64,000 nucleotides of DNA. Origin: Lama guanicoe. Its lineage: Eukaryota. The stretch is taken from the NCBI GenBank assembly GCA_013239625.1, contig MU054049.1, positions 135,015 to 199,014 of the forward strand, given 5' to 3'. Shown here piece by piece: positions 23,881 to 36,726 of the stretch; within the stretch, counting starts at the first letter, position 1, and each line of letters starts with the position of its first letter. The position numbers and the translations under genes are program-made. Below the pieces are notes generated by a model. That model made no database searches. It worked only from the letters and a program-made list of their open reading frames with translations, and was not told the DNA's origin.

Positions 23881-24494
23881 AGCTGTTCTAATTATTTCAC
23901 TTAATACAGCTTAATCTTCACAAAGCTGCTATTACTGCTTTCTTAATATCATAAGAGAGGATTGAGACAAAGACTGGTTAGGAACTTGCTTGGGGTCACA
24001 CAGCCCATGGGGCAGGACATGGGAGGGCAGGGTGTGGCTCCCTGATGGGTGGAGGCTGCACCTCTGAAAGCTGGTCGTGTCCTTGCTCCCGTCTGCCCTG
24101 CATTGTCCCGGAGGATTGTCACAAAGGCCTAGGGTAGCTGACAGAGAACAGAAAGGACATTCTGGTCTAGAGTATCTTTTTCCAACGTCACATCTACGCC
24201 TGGCCTCCTTCCTAACAAAATGCGGCTTCAAAATGCTGCTCACTGGACATGCCTTTTGGGTCTGTGCCATGCTTGGAGGCCCCATCTGTCAGGCTGTCCC
24301 GAGGAGGCTGTGGCTGGGCACACTGATGCAGTGTGCAGTGCGAGTCCTGGGCCTTGGGTACAGAAGCCAGCCTGGCCCACTGTGGTGCAGGCCCCGTCCT
24401 TGTGTTCCAGCTGCTCAGGCCCCTTCCCGGAGACCATGGCATGATCACTGGCTTGAGTTTGTGCCCAGCTCAGCTGAGGCTGTCACCCTCTCGT

Positions 24495-24625
24495 GGCTCA
24501 TTTAATCCCACTGCATTTCCATGATCCCTGTTTTACAGGTGAGGCAATGGGCTCAGAAATTAAGTGATTCTCCAAAGACCTCCTAGAGGGTGATGAAGGC
24601 AGCAGCTGGGATTCAGACCCAGCAC
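24495..24625 (-). mobile_element. MIR fragment
   Basis: ctcatttaatccc...ttttacaggtgaggcaatgggctcaga...gctgggattcagaccc. Confidence 0.7.
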
Positions 24626-25100
24626 TAGAGGAGATGTGTCCATCCTATGTCTCTGGGTCTTTGCAGTGAGTCACTCAGGGGCTGAGCATCAGTCTGGACC
24701 ACGCTCACCTGGATAAGAAAATGAGTGGCATGTATAGGGCATCCAAAGAGCCTGAACCTCACATGCAGGAGGGCTCCTGGGCTCCTGGACTCCTGGGCTC
24801 CGTGCTGATGAGTGGGGTCCTATGCGTCACGTTCGTTCTGGGCACTCCCCCCAGCATCATATCATCTTCGTGCATGGGGTGGAGGACGTCAGGAGGGAAC
24901 GCCATCATTCAGCCTGGAAATTAGAGAAACAGCAGGCAGCAGCACACAGGTCACTGGCTGAGAGTTTGAGAACCCACGTGGTGCAACAGGTCCTCGCATG
25001 GATGCCCTTGTCCACCTGTGCGAGCACTGGCTGGAATCCTGCTGATCTGGCCTCCTGGGTCTCTATTTCCTCCTCTGCAAATTAAGAACAATATGCCTTA

Positions 25101-25190
25101 GGGGAGGGCACGGCTCAGTGGTAGAGTGCCTACCTAGCATGCACAAGGTCATGGGTTCAATTCCCAGTGCTTCCATCAAAATAAATAAGA
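25101..25190 (+). mobile_element. vic-1 type SINE
   Basis: ggggagggcacggctcagtggtagagtgcctacctagcatgcacaaggtcatgggttcaattcccagt plus A-rich tail. Confidence 0.85.
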
Positions 25191-25199
25191 GCCCGTTTA

Positions 25200-25335
25200 A
25201 AAAGTATGATGGGCCCCATCCCTAGAATTTTTGATTGAGTAGACCTAGGGCAGAGCCGCAGAATTTGCATTTTTAACAAGTTCTCAGATTATATTAATGT
25301 TGCTGATCTGGAGACCTCACTTTGAGAACTATTAT
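25200..25335 (+). mobile_element. MER5A fragment
   Basis: gggccccatcccta...agaatttgcatttttaacaagttctcag...cactttgagaac. Confidence 0.75.
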
Positions 25336-25606
25336 TACAAAGAAAACTTCAGCCAGCTCTGCAGAGTGGAACTGACAGAAGCTCACCGTGGTTCTTCCTC
25401 ACCATGGAGAGGATGTCTAGGAGACAGACTAGGCTTTAAAAAACTTTTCTGTGAATTCTGTGACTATCTTTAAATTATACACTTTAAGTGGATGAATTTT
25501 ATGGTATGTGAATTATATCTGAATAAAATTGTTTCAAACAGAAAAAAAAAGATTAGAGCCTCATGGCCTATCCTAAAAGAATATTTAAAAATGAAAAAGA
25601 GCAATA

Positions 25607-25770
25607 CACTTTTTATATTCAATATCTTGTAGTAGCTTATGGTGAAAAAGAATATGAAAATGAATATATGTATATTCAATTAGGAGTGAAGAATTGTGCT
25701 GTACACCAGAAATTGACACAACATTGTAAACTGACAATGACTCAATTAAAAAAAAAAAGAACAAAAAAAG
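25607..25770 (+). mobile_element. 5'-truncated lineage-specific L1 3' end
   Basis: tatattcaatatcttgta...tgtgctgtacaccagaaattgacacaacattgtaaactgac plus poly-A; degenerate TSD aaaaagagcaata / aaaaagaacagta. Confidence 0.85.
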
Positions 25771-26020
25771 AACAGTAATGCCTTCCCCCAAGGTAGTGGC
25801 GTAAATGTGAGGCACGGAAAAGAGCAGGGTCAGCATTTATGTCTGGGAAGTGAGGGTTGATCTGAGGAGCAGTGATTTTAAAATTTCTGGCCAAAGATCT
25901 CTGGGGTGAGCCCCGCCCCTGCTTTTGTCCCCTGCCCATTGACCAATGTCAGGAGGACATTCAAGAGTCCCCAGAGGCATGGCTTTGCATCCGTGACACA
26001 CTGGTGAGGCGCCGTCTGAG

Positions 26021-26914
26021 TTTTTTTTTTAATATTTGATTTTTTTCTCGAAGTATAATTGATGTTATTATATTATATATTATTATAATTATATTATATT
26101 ATATTACTATATATTCTATTATATACATTACAGGAGTGCCATATAGTGATTCACAATTTTTAAAGGCTATCTTCCATTTATAGTTTTTATAAAACATTGG
26201 CTATATTTCCCATGTTGTACATACAATATATCCTTTTATTAAAAAATTTCATTTTACTGAGTTATAATCAGTTTACAATGCTGTGTCAATTTCCAGTGTA
26301 GAGCACAATTTTTCGGTTATACATGAGCATACATATATTCATTGTCACATTCCTTTTCACCATGAGCTACCACAAGATCTTGTATGTATTTCCCTGTGCT
26401 ATATTGTATAATCTTGTTTATCTGTTCTACATATGCCTATCAGTATCTACAAATTTTGAACTCCCAGCTTGTCCCTTTCCACCCCCTTCCGCTCTGGCAA
26501 CCACAAGTTTGTATTCTATGTCTATGAGTCTGTTTCTGTTTTATCCTTGTAGCTTATTTTATATATAACAGTTTGTACCTCTTACTCCCCAACCCTTGTA
26601 TTTCCCCTCCCCACTTCCTCTTCCCCACTGGTAACCACTAGTTTGTTCTCTATATCTGAGTCTGTTTCTTTTTTGTTATATTCACTAGTGTGTTGTGCTT
26701 TTTAGATTCCATATGGAAATGATATCAGACAGTATTTGTCTTTCCCTGCCTGACTTATTTCACTTAGCATAATGCCCTCCAAGTCCATCCATGTTGCTGC
26801 AAATGGCAAAATCTCCCTCTTTTTTATCGCTGAGTAGTATTCCATTGTGTGTACACAGTATGTCTTCTTTATCCATTCATGTGTCGATGAATGCTTAGGT
26901 TGCTTCTGTATCTT
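26021..26914 (-). mobile_element. L1 3' end with ORF2 C-terminus, hosting a nested younger L1
   Basis: Minus-strand ORF 26702-27007 contains KQPK..THEWIKK...TMEYYSAIKKREILPFAATWMDLEGIMLSEISQ..KDKY, the L1 ORF2 C-terminus; 3'UTR and poly-T at 26021. Confidence 0.92.
26236..26541 (-). mobile_element. Nested younger L1 3' end
   Basis: Same 3'UTR type as 750-948 and 59825-59996; TSD tatcctt at 26229-35 and 26542-48. Confidence 0.85.
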
Positions 26915-27969
26915 CGAGGATCCTGAGAGGCGACACACTGGTGAGATGTTATCTGGGTTTTTACTGAGCCTCATTAGCAGACATAAGCTGGGCAGGAAAG
27001 CAGACACTGGGCCTCACCCTGGCTATGTCCACATACGCCCTCTGGGTGGCTGAGCAGTGCCCTGGCTGGAGGACCAGGGCTTGGCAGGCCTGGAACAAGA
27101 GGCTCCCTGGGGGCTCCAGGATACCCTGCCCTGTTGGGCAGAGAGGCCCTCTGGTCATTTTGCTTCATTACGAGTGATGTCCGGCTGTGACTGGCCCTAC
27201 AAGTGATAGTCCAGCCCTATCCCTGGAGGCCTGTAAGTCAGCAGAGGCCTGAGTTTTGCCTGCTGGTGAGGCTTTCCAGGGGGCAGGAGACTGGACCTGG
27301 CATCCTAGGAGGCCCCTCCCGGTTTTATAATCCTTCTCTGGGGCCTGACAGGGCCTCATTCTTCTGCACACCTGGGCCGGGGACCTGGGGGAGCTTACTT
27401 TCTGTTCCTGCTCTGAGTCCCTGGCTGAGGCCTGAGCTGAGGCCTCTCAGTATCTGCTGCCGCCCTGTCCCCTCCGGTGTTTGGGCTAGACCTGAAAGTC
27501 ACAGGTGACTTCCCTAGTCAAAGAATCAGTCCAGCCTATTGAGCCCTGTGGGGCTGAGGAGGGAGCCGCAGGCAGCCCTGTTGGCTTGTTGTGCAATCAG
27601 GAGGCCCAGGCTGTCCTCAGGCAGGAGAAGCAGCCAAAGCCCCGCAGGACCGCATGCAGGGACCACATAGTGCCCCGCGGGTGGAGACAATGATGGCATT
27701 TGTTGCACCCCAGTTACACTGGGCAGATCTAGACCTCAGCAGTCAAGAACATGGGCCTTGATGAGCAGGACCTGGACTGAAATTCACACTCAGACTTTCT
27801 GGCTGCATTGCCCACCCTCGGAGTGTCTCTTGGCACCTTCCCCTGCCAGCTGCGGAGAACACTGCCCTCCCAGGTCCGTGAGCGAGCATCCTGTGTGCTG
27901 AGAGTGATAAACCTTTTAGTAAAATATCTGAGTCTTGCATGCAGAGTCCTGGGGGATGTTAGGGATGAT

Positions 27970-28170
27970 TATTGGAGCCATGCAGGCACTGTGTATGTGG
28001 TTCGTCTCAGCCCTTACATAGAGGGTAAAGCAATAGGATACCCATTTTATTGATGGGGAAAGTTAAGGTAGAGAAGACTATAGATGTGATTTGCCCAACA
28101 TCTCACAGTCAGTAAGAGACAGAGCCAGGTTTAGAACCCTGATTTATTTAACCCAGAGGCCCGGATGCTC
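27970..28170 (-). mobile_element. MIR SINE
   Basis: gcaggcactgtg...cccattttattgatggggaaa...gtgatttgccca...cagagccaggtttagaaccc. Confidence 0.75.
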
Positions 28171-29234
28171 CCAGGAATAGGAAGGAGTCAGTTGAGAGCC
28201 TGGGGGGTTGTTCAACAATGCAATGACTTCAGAAAATTCCTCCCCGGCATTGCAGTCTTGGGCTGCAGGAGATCTCTATGTCTTTCCTGCCCCAAGGCAG
28301 CCTGCCCCTCTGGGCTTGGGCTGGAACCAGAGAGAATTCTGTCCTCTTTCTCTTCCCTCTTCCTCCCTCCCTCCCCTCACAGGATGCTGATATCAAAGAG
28401 GACCTCACGCCTGGCTTACACTTATCTCCATGGGTACCCCGGGCTGCCCAGCTTTGTATTTTCTATTTTCAGAGGGCTTAGGTTAATCCGAAAGCCCTGC
28501 TAGAGACCACCCACCACCCTTAAACAAACAGCTCACCTTTCAGCCCAGAGCCGACCTCTCTGCCTGGGATGTTTGATAGGTCTGGCCTCACTGAATGTGG
28601 CTAATTAACCCTAACGTCTGGGCTGCTTTCACAGATGCCAGAGCCAGAAAGTCTGTTCTGTGGAATCACTTCTTCTGAACAGCATTACTTTAGCCAGTCT
28701 CCCTGCTCCAGGGCCCTGAAGGTCCAAACAGAGAAGGCTGTAGAGGTGAAGGTACTGAAGACTCTTGGCTGAGGGATGGGTGTGCAGAACCAGCCATGGT
28801 CCAGACCACAGAGCCACCCATAGACATCCCTGCTCTGCTCTGCTCAGAGCTGCTCCTGGGGCTTTGATTTGGGGGTGAAGGTCACAAGGAGCTCAGGGTT
28901 TGCAAGTCTTCAGGACTTGTCATCCAAAGAGGAAGTTACCACCTCCAGCTAGGAACGGCGTGCATAGGGCCATACTGGATCCCCCTGAAGTCACTTCCCT
29001 GTGCTTGTCACTCTGTTGTCCCATCTTTGTTCCCACATGCAACTTGGAGTAAGAGCCCTGCATTAAGACTGACCCCTGGGCTTATCCATGCAGACAGCAG
29101 AAGCTGGGGAGAGATACCACAGAACAGATTGAGAGGAAGTCATGCTAGGAAGATGATGTATCAGTTCATTCTCTAGGTTTCAGGCAGGAGACTCAGGGGT
29201 CCCAGATGCCTGGAAGTCTATGAAGAGCTCTTTC

Positions 29235-29750
29235 AGTTAAATAGCCCGCTTTAACACTTAGTGGCTTACAGCCACCATTGGTTATTTTTCCCGGTCCTGT
29301 TCTGGGTTGACTGCGCTCTGCTGGGTGGTTCTTTCTCACACTGTCTCGTGCTGTTACCGTCAAATGATGGCTGTGCTGGGGTGTCTGAGGGCTCAGCCAG
29401 GCTGGACATCCAAGATGGCTCACTGACATGGCCACTGGTTGATGTAGATCATGGCTTGGGAGCTCAGCTGAGAGATTGTTGATATCCACATACCCAGAAC
29501 TTCTCCACATGGGGAGCCAGGGAACAGCCAAGAGAGATTTCATCCCAAGAGGTCCAAGGAAGCTGCAAGGCTTCCTTTGGCCCAGCCTCAGAAACCTTAG
29601 AATGTGGCTTCCACCATGTTGTACCAGCCAAGAAAGTCATTGAGGCTAGCACATTTTCAAGAAAGGAGATTAAACTTCTTTAGGTGTGAGGAGTAGCATG
29701 TACCTACAGGGAAGTGAGGACAAGATGGTGGCAATCTGGACTTGCCAGGT
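29235..29750 (-). mobile_element. MLT1H-like MaLR LTR
   Basis: acttagtggctta...ggctggacatccaagatggctcac...ggaagctgcaaggcttc...cagcctcagaa. Confidence 0.75.
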
Positions 29751-31625
29751 AGGATGGGGAAAGCTGGCATGAGGGTTTTCTCTGGGTCCTGTCTTATGTC
29801 GCTGTTGTTGACAGTGATAATGGTGAGGATACCTCATGTATGTACTTTACAACGCATTTTCCACATCGGTGTGATTTGCCAAAGAGTGAGCAAGAGGTCA
29901 GTGGGAGGCAGAGGAATCCTGTGTTTACCTGAGTTAAAGAGGAAGGGACAGGCTCAAAGCAGCTCAGTGACTTTCCTTACAGCACACGGGTCTTCTGCCA
30001 TTGGCCAAACTCAAAGCCCCCTTGTTCTGGCAGGACATACCCTCACCAGATGACACGTCCTCTTGCCCCAGACTCCCCCGCATTCTCAAGGCTTGGTGGC
30101 TGGTCTCCATGCCTCTTAGGCAATAGGGTCACTCTTGGGTTCTGACCTAGCTCTGCTGCTCTGTGCTGAACACCCGGTTAACTGGCTTTTCTTTCCTGTG
30201 GCTCAGATTTTCCATGCTTACTGTGAAATTGGAGTCAGGACTGGGACTCAGGCATAGGAGTCAGAGAAAGCAAAACCTCCCTGGGTGGTGCAGAATGGGC
30301 TCTGGGAACTGCCCAGAGGCAGACAAAGAAGCCATTTCCAGCTGGCCCCACTGGTACCTCCTTGGCTGTCATTGGGTTACTGCTTTCCAGGCCACTGGTC
30401 CAAGGAGAGCACAAATCCAGGGCCAGCTGCTGGTCAGGTCCCCAACCCCAGGGCAAGCTCTGAGCCTCCAGCTGTGTGTGGAACCTGTAAACTTGCCCCA
30501 ATCTTTAACTAGTTGAAATTTGAAAAGTAATTCTGTTTTGCCTAAATGCACTCAAATCATTCAGGGGTTTGTGTGTGTGTGTGTATGTATGTTTAATGAG
30601 ATGGTTGATATTTTAAAAGAGTTTGGATTAACAGACTGTATTTGTCATTCTTGCCCAAGGGTCCATGCCTATCCCACTTCTTCTAGGTCTTAGCCATTTG
30701 GGGTATAGACTTGAGTGGTACTGGGGTCAACACAAGAGAAGACCATCAGTAACACTGGCTGGAGATCCCTGAATGCGATAGCCAATCTGAAAATCATGGC
30801 CCCAGATGCCAACAGCATTGATGGCTAACCCCTCAATGTCATATGCAGATACTTTTCTGGGACCCTGGGCTTAAAACTCTGGAGAACAACAATTGTACAC
30901 TCATGAGCAACCACACCAAGCCTGCGCCGGGGAAAAGAACTTCATATACAGAGTGAGCATGTGTATCTGCCAAAGAGGGCCAGCCATGGGGGTAAGAACG
31001 AAATTTGCACCCCAAGATGAAAGCTCTGCTTTGACCCTGGCACGGGGTTAAGAGGAGAAAACTGACAGCATACAGAGAGAATAAACCTCTGAGACATGAC
31101 TTTCCTCCCCCAGACACAGCCCAGGAAGTGCTGCCCCCTGTTGCCAGCATAAACACTTATGTGTAGCCTGGGCTCAGGGCCACCAGTAATCAAATATAAA
31201 ATACACAGAACCCAAGTCAACAGGCAGGGAGGGCCAGGGCATGTGGTAGGTTCCAGTCTGGCCGGGGAGATTCTTCGGGGCACCGATTCCTACAGCCTCT
31301 TCCCTTTCCAGATCTTTCTCTGGTTCCCTCAGCGAGGTCTCCTCATGCCTGGACAGCAGGGTATTTTCAGCTCTAGAGTAGAGAAATGGAGATTCAGCCA
31401 TTGTCCCCATCACTGGGTGCTGCCAGGGAAATTAGCAACCAGGGGCAAGCTCAGTGGGGTCTGTGGGCTCTGTGCTCAGAAGAGTTGATTGGAATCTCTC
31501 TGGCACTCTCCAGACAAGAGAGAAATGTGGAGAGGGCAGGTATCAATGGGTACTCCACATCTCGGGATGCTATTAAAGCGGCTGAGGGGCAGGGAGAGTG
31601 GCTCTCACATAGCTTCCTGGGTTAC

Positions 31626-32180
31626 TATTCCAGTTACCTATTTCTGTATAAGAACCACCCTAAAACTTAGAGAATTAAAACATTTTGTCATGCTTTTTCA
31701 TGGTTCTGTAGGTTGATCTAATGCAACAAGGTAATACTTTTTCATGTGGTTGTAGTCAGATGTCACCTGGGACTAGAGCCATCTGAATCCTAACCTGGGC
31801 AGGACATCCAAGATGGCTTTTTCACTCTCATGTCTGGTGCCTGGGTTGAGGTAGCAAGGACATCTTGGGGCTGATTAGGTATCTCTCTCCACACATGTTC
31901 TCTTCATGGGGCTATCTTGAGCTTCCTCATATTAATAGTGGCTTCAATATAGTTGGACTGTTTATATGATGTCAGGTGTCCTCCAGATCAAGTGTCCCAA
32001 GAGATCAAGGCACAAACTACAAGGCTTCTTATCACCATGGGAAGTCACCCTGTATCACTTATGAATTCCATTGGTTACATTGGGTCAGCCAAGATTCAAT
32101 GTGGGAGTGGACTAGAGGAAGACATGGATAATGGGAGGCATAGTTCACTGGGGAAGCCACCTTTGGAGGCCAGCTATCAC
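31626..32180 (-). mobile_element. MLT1H/G-like MaLR LTR
   Basis: tattccagttacctatt...accaccctaaaactta...ggacatccaagatggc...agattcaatgtgggag...ccagctatcaca. Confidence 0.8.
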
Positions 32181-32776
32181 AGAGAGAAAGAGAGGAACTA
32201 AGATTGGGGAGGTTTAGAAATCTATATTCCTTCTTGGGTTCAAGATGGAGCCAAAATAGCCAATGGGAGTCATCTGATTCACTACCCCTGACTGACAGGC
32301 AGGACTTTTGGAGCCTTGGCGGTTCTGGGGCCACATCTGGGCAGACTCCCTGGTCCCTGGGTCAGCTCACCATCGCTGTGTTCTGAAGTGCTCCTCAGAC
32401 AACTCTTTCTTATTTCCATGTGTCCTGCTATTCTATTTCCATAGCAACTTCTCAGTTTTGGTCCCTGGTTCTTTATCTTTTGTAGCAATTTTGTCTTCAA
32501 TTACTGTCACTGTCTTTACCTTCTCATTGCTCAAATCCATGGAGCACAAACAAGGTTGCCAGGATAATTATTATTAGATGCTCTTCTTAGCCTCATATTC
32601 TTATATGGAGAAAACTGCAGTAGATATGAATAATGTCCAACACCCAAATGAGAGGCTCTGGAAGGAGAAGAAAATGCATCGGCTCTATATGAAGTCAAAA
32701 GTCACTCAGCATTATCTGATTCATGAACACTATAGAAGGCTTGGAGGACTTTATTATGTTTCCAAATATATACCAA

Positions 32777-32805
32777 TGTGTATGTGTGTGTGTGTGTGTG
32801 TGTGT
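32777..32805 (+). repeat. (TG)n microsatellite
   Basis: Directly visible. Confidence 0.9.
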
Positions 32806-32827
32806 ATAGTTATATACACATATACAC

Positions 32828-33570
32828 ATTTAATTGAAATATAATTCACATAAAATTCACCCTTTAAAGTTTTACAATTTGATGGTTCTTATATTCACAA
32901 AATTGTGCAACAATTACTCCTATCTAATTTCAGATCATTTTCTTCACCCACCCCAAAACCCCCATATCCACCAAAAAACCCACACCTACAAAAAAAATTC
33001 ATATCCATTAGCATTTTCTCTTGGTTCCCCACTTCCCCTAGCCATTGGTAATCACTAATCCATTTTCTATCTCTATGGACTTGCCTGTTCTGGACATTTC
33101 CTGTAAGTGGAATCAACCTGTGACTGGTTTCTTTCACTTGGTACATTTTCAAAATTAATCCATGTTGTAACATGTATAAGTACTTCACATCTTTTTATGG
33201 TTGAATAATATTCCATTGTATGGATATACCACATTTTGTTGATCCATTAATTCATTGATGCACACTTGGGTTGTTTTCACTTTTTGGCTATTATGAATAA
33301 TGTTGTTATGAACATTGATATACCCGTTTTTGTGTGGACATATGTTTTCACTTATCTTGAGTATAGACCTAGAAGCAGAATTTCTGGGTCATATGGTAAC
33401 TTTATGTTTAACTTTTTGAGGAACTGCAAGAATGTTTTCCAAAGTGGCTGTGCTATTTTACATTCCCACCAGCAATGTGTGAGAGTCCAACTTCTCCACA
33501 TCTTTGTCAACACTTGCTACTATCTTTTGATTCTAGACATCCTAGTGGGTGGAAAGCAGTATCACCCTGT
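32828..33570 (-). mobile_element. L1MB-type 3' end
   Basis: attgaaatataattcacataaaattcacc...tctctatggacttgcctgttctggacatttc...ttttgaggaactgc...cattcccaccagcaatgt. Confidence 0.9.
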
Positions 33571-34134
33571 GGGCTTTATTGCATTTAAGGAAGGGTAATG
33601 ATAAGATACAAGTACTTCTTGGTCCAAGTGTGCGCAACCTTGAGATGATGAGGGTGAAGTTGAGATTTATATGCTCAGTGGAGAGGACATCATGGCCCCT
33701 ATGCATCATTAGGTCTGTAAGTCCTTGATGGCACAGAGCTGAGTGTGAGAGCTCAGAATCAGGGCTCACATATTCCTTCCCAATCCTTATTGCATTGACT
33801 TCCTTCAAGAAAGCAAGAGTCCTGATCCCTTTTAACAGAGCCAACTGACCCCTGATCTCATCACTATGGACAGGACCTAGCCCACCCAGACCTTGACGTT
33901 ATGTAGAGGTGGGGGCCTCACTGGAGACCAAAAGACCCAGGATTCTATGTGAACAGGCAGATGAGGTAGGAACAACACAATAAAGGCACTGACCTTGAGG
34001 CAAGCATTCTAGGCTTACTTGCGCTCCTCTCTGGGTCAGCCGATGCAACTCAAAGTTGAGCAGATGGGATTGCTAACCTTCAGCTCCCTTCCTACCCTGT
34101 TGACTTTGAAAGAAGAAAACCAACATTCCCTGCC

Positions 34135-34610
34135 TGTATTCAATTCCAAGGGCTGCTGGTACAAAGTACCACAAAACGAGTGGCTTAGAATACAGAAATG
34201 TACCCTTTCACAGTTCTGGAGACCAGAAGCCCAAAATCAAGGTATCTGCAGGGCCATGCGCTCTTTCCTAGTTTCTGGTGGTTTTCAGCAATCCTTGGTA
34301 TTTTTTGGCTTGCAGCTGTGTAACTCCAGTCTCTGCCTCTGTTGCCACGAGGTGTGGTTTTCTTCCCTCTGTGTGTCTATGTCTTCACATGGCATTCTCC
34401 TCTGTGTGTGTCTCTTTGTGCTTCTCCTCTTCTTATCGGGACACTGGTCATACTGGATTAAGGGCCTACCTTACTCCAGTGCACCTTATCTTAGCTTACG
34501 TCTTAATTATGTTTGCAAAGACCCTATTTCCCAATAAGGTCACATTCACAGGGTCCAGGAGTTAGGACTTCAACATATCTTTTGGGAGGACACAATTCAA
34601 CCCACAGCAC
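34135..34610 (-). mobile_element. MLT1C MaLR solo LTR
   Basis: tgtattc...agggctgc...aaagtaccacaaa...cacagttctggag...gttaggacttcaacatatcttttgggaggacacaattcaaccc. Confidence 0.9.
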
Positions 34611-34989
34611 TGTTGCTGACTTAATTGCCTTTACTGTATTCTCTACACTGCTTCTGGGCTGATCACAAATGCCTCCCTTACTTCCTATTCCCCCTCAACC
34701 CTCCATAATCCCCTAAACCACCATTGCTCCTCTCAGCTTCCACCACGGTGGAGCCTCTCCCGGAGCCCTGATGGCAAAAGCCGTGGAGGTACCCACCACA
34801 TTACAACTAGCACTATCTCAGACCTTTCCCTATTTGAAGTTCAGCAACATGGACAGACTTTGGACACTCTTTGACTATCTTCAATTTTGGAAAGCATGGA
34901 GTCCTTCTTTGTCTTTACCCTGTCTCTTCAGTGGGTGCAAGAATACAGCGTCGCCTACAAGAAGGTACACATACGGTTCTATGGTTTGC

Positions 34990-35181
34990 ATAGAACACAG
35001 TGCTCCCTCGACCAACAGGATTAGCACGCCCTGGGAATTTGATAATAATATAAATTCTCAACCCTCACCTCAGATCTACTGAATCAGACACTCTGAGATG
35101 AGCCCAGCATTCCATGTTCTAACACCTACCTGATCCTGCCCGCCGGTGATATGAAAGCATACAAAAGCTTGAGAACCATTG
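34990..35181. mobile_element. MER5A hAT MITE
   Basis: gaccaacagg...ctgggaatttg...ctactgaatcagacactct...cttgagaaccattg. Confidence 0.75.
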
Positions 35182-36251
35182 GCACAGAGAGATATTTCAG
35201 ATCTCTTGGAGAAGCTGGTAAATCAGAAGACGGCTGATGACATGTAAAACATAAAGTTTGCAAGTGATGAATGCTAGAAATAAAGCAAGACCAAATGTGC
35301 TGTGAGCTGGCCTGGTAGGAGCTGTCCACGGGGGCTTCCGGCCCCCAGGGCAAAGGAGAAGACAAGTCTTTAAAAACCTGGGGAATTAGTGGCCTGGCTC
35401 CAGTCATGCTCTCCCAGTGGATCTGATTTATGGGATAGGAGACATCTATTTGCCCATGTTCTAAATCTTAGGGCTAGGTGCTGAGAACTAGAATGTTGAA
35501 ATACTTGCAAAGGGTAGGAAACCCCAGCCTTTTCCTAAAGATCTTGAAAGGCCCTATTCAGAAGATTTTTTCAAAGTCTGCAACAACAATGTTATATTAA
35601 CTTCTCCTGTGGCATTTATTCCTTTATTCTTTTTCATACCTGTCAAAATCTCTCAGCGTAGGGGAACAGTTCCTCTGTCTCCCCAGTCTCACTTTCCTTT
35701 CCTTCTGTTCACAAACTGCCTGCTGGTTAGCCTTCACCCCATGCAGGGCTGGAGAATTCTCTGGTTAAGGGGCTCCTGGTTTCTCTAGTTGGAATGTACT
35801 CCTGTTTCATTTGATGAGCCATGTCCTTTCTTTAAAATTTGGATCATGAATAGATGTGTAATTACTTAGAAGGGGGGCTTATAAGAAGATTCCTGGTAAA
35901 GATAATAGAAGAATGGGTCTCTGCCTTTATCTTCTGAAATCATTTGGAAATATTAAGGAGAGAGAAAATAGAAAAAATTTCAGGTGATGGAACCAGAAAT
36001 CAGGCACACCTTCGAGCCATAATTGGTGAAAAAGCCTGCAGAGCCCACCAGAGATAAATTGTAGTCTAAGGTTCAAACAAATGACCCCTCCTTTAGAATG
36101 ACAATAGCCAGGGACACCTGAGGGTTCTTAAGGGCAGCATGGCATGTGAGGAGGGCTAGGAGTCCCAGCTTACTGGAAAAACATGTAGAAACATGTGGAC
36201 ATGCATCTTTGCAAAACTGTGCCAATCAAGGTGGAGGCCAAATCAGAGAGG

Positions 36252-36726
36252 TGTTGACTGAAAAAAAAAATGCAACGTGAGAGTTGTGAGTTGAGTTTTA
36301 TTTGGAGCAAAATGAGGACTACAGCCCCAAAGACAGCCTCTCAGATAGCTCTGAGGAACTGCTCCAAAGAGATAAGGGTTGGGGGGGTCTATATATATAT
36401 ATGTGATTTTAGTGACAGGGGATACGTGCAATCAAGCACACATTTTGGTAGAAGGTTGCTGCTAGTCACTAGGAGCAGATGTCTCCATTAATGATTCTAG
36501 TGCTTTTCTAGATAGGAGAAGATGGAAGACATTGGGCTCATAAAATCTTCTGAAAACATCTAACTATTGGAAGGCCTGATCTGCCCGTTTTTCCCGGAGG
36601 ACAGAGTGCCTCATTCCTGAGCTCTGCCCTGAACTCCTTCCAGGGTGTATTGAAGGTCAGAGAAAGCAGTGGCTAGAGACTCCGTCTGTGTAGAGGAAGA
36701 TGGTAAGGGATAATTTTTCATCCACA
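36252..36726 (-). mobile_element. ERV1 solo LTR (MER41-like, lineage-specific), 475 bp
   Basis: TG...CA termini; 4-bp TSD gagg (36248-51 / 36727-30); poly(A) signal as ttttatt; cctctcagatagctctgagga motif. Confidence 0.85.

Noticed and set aside
26702..27007. ORF with a real protein motif
   Set aside because: It is the L1 ORF2 C-terminus of a truncated element, not a host gene.
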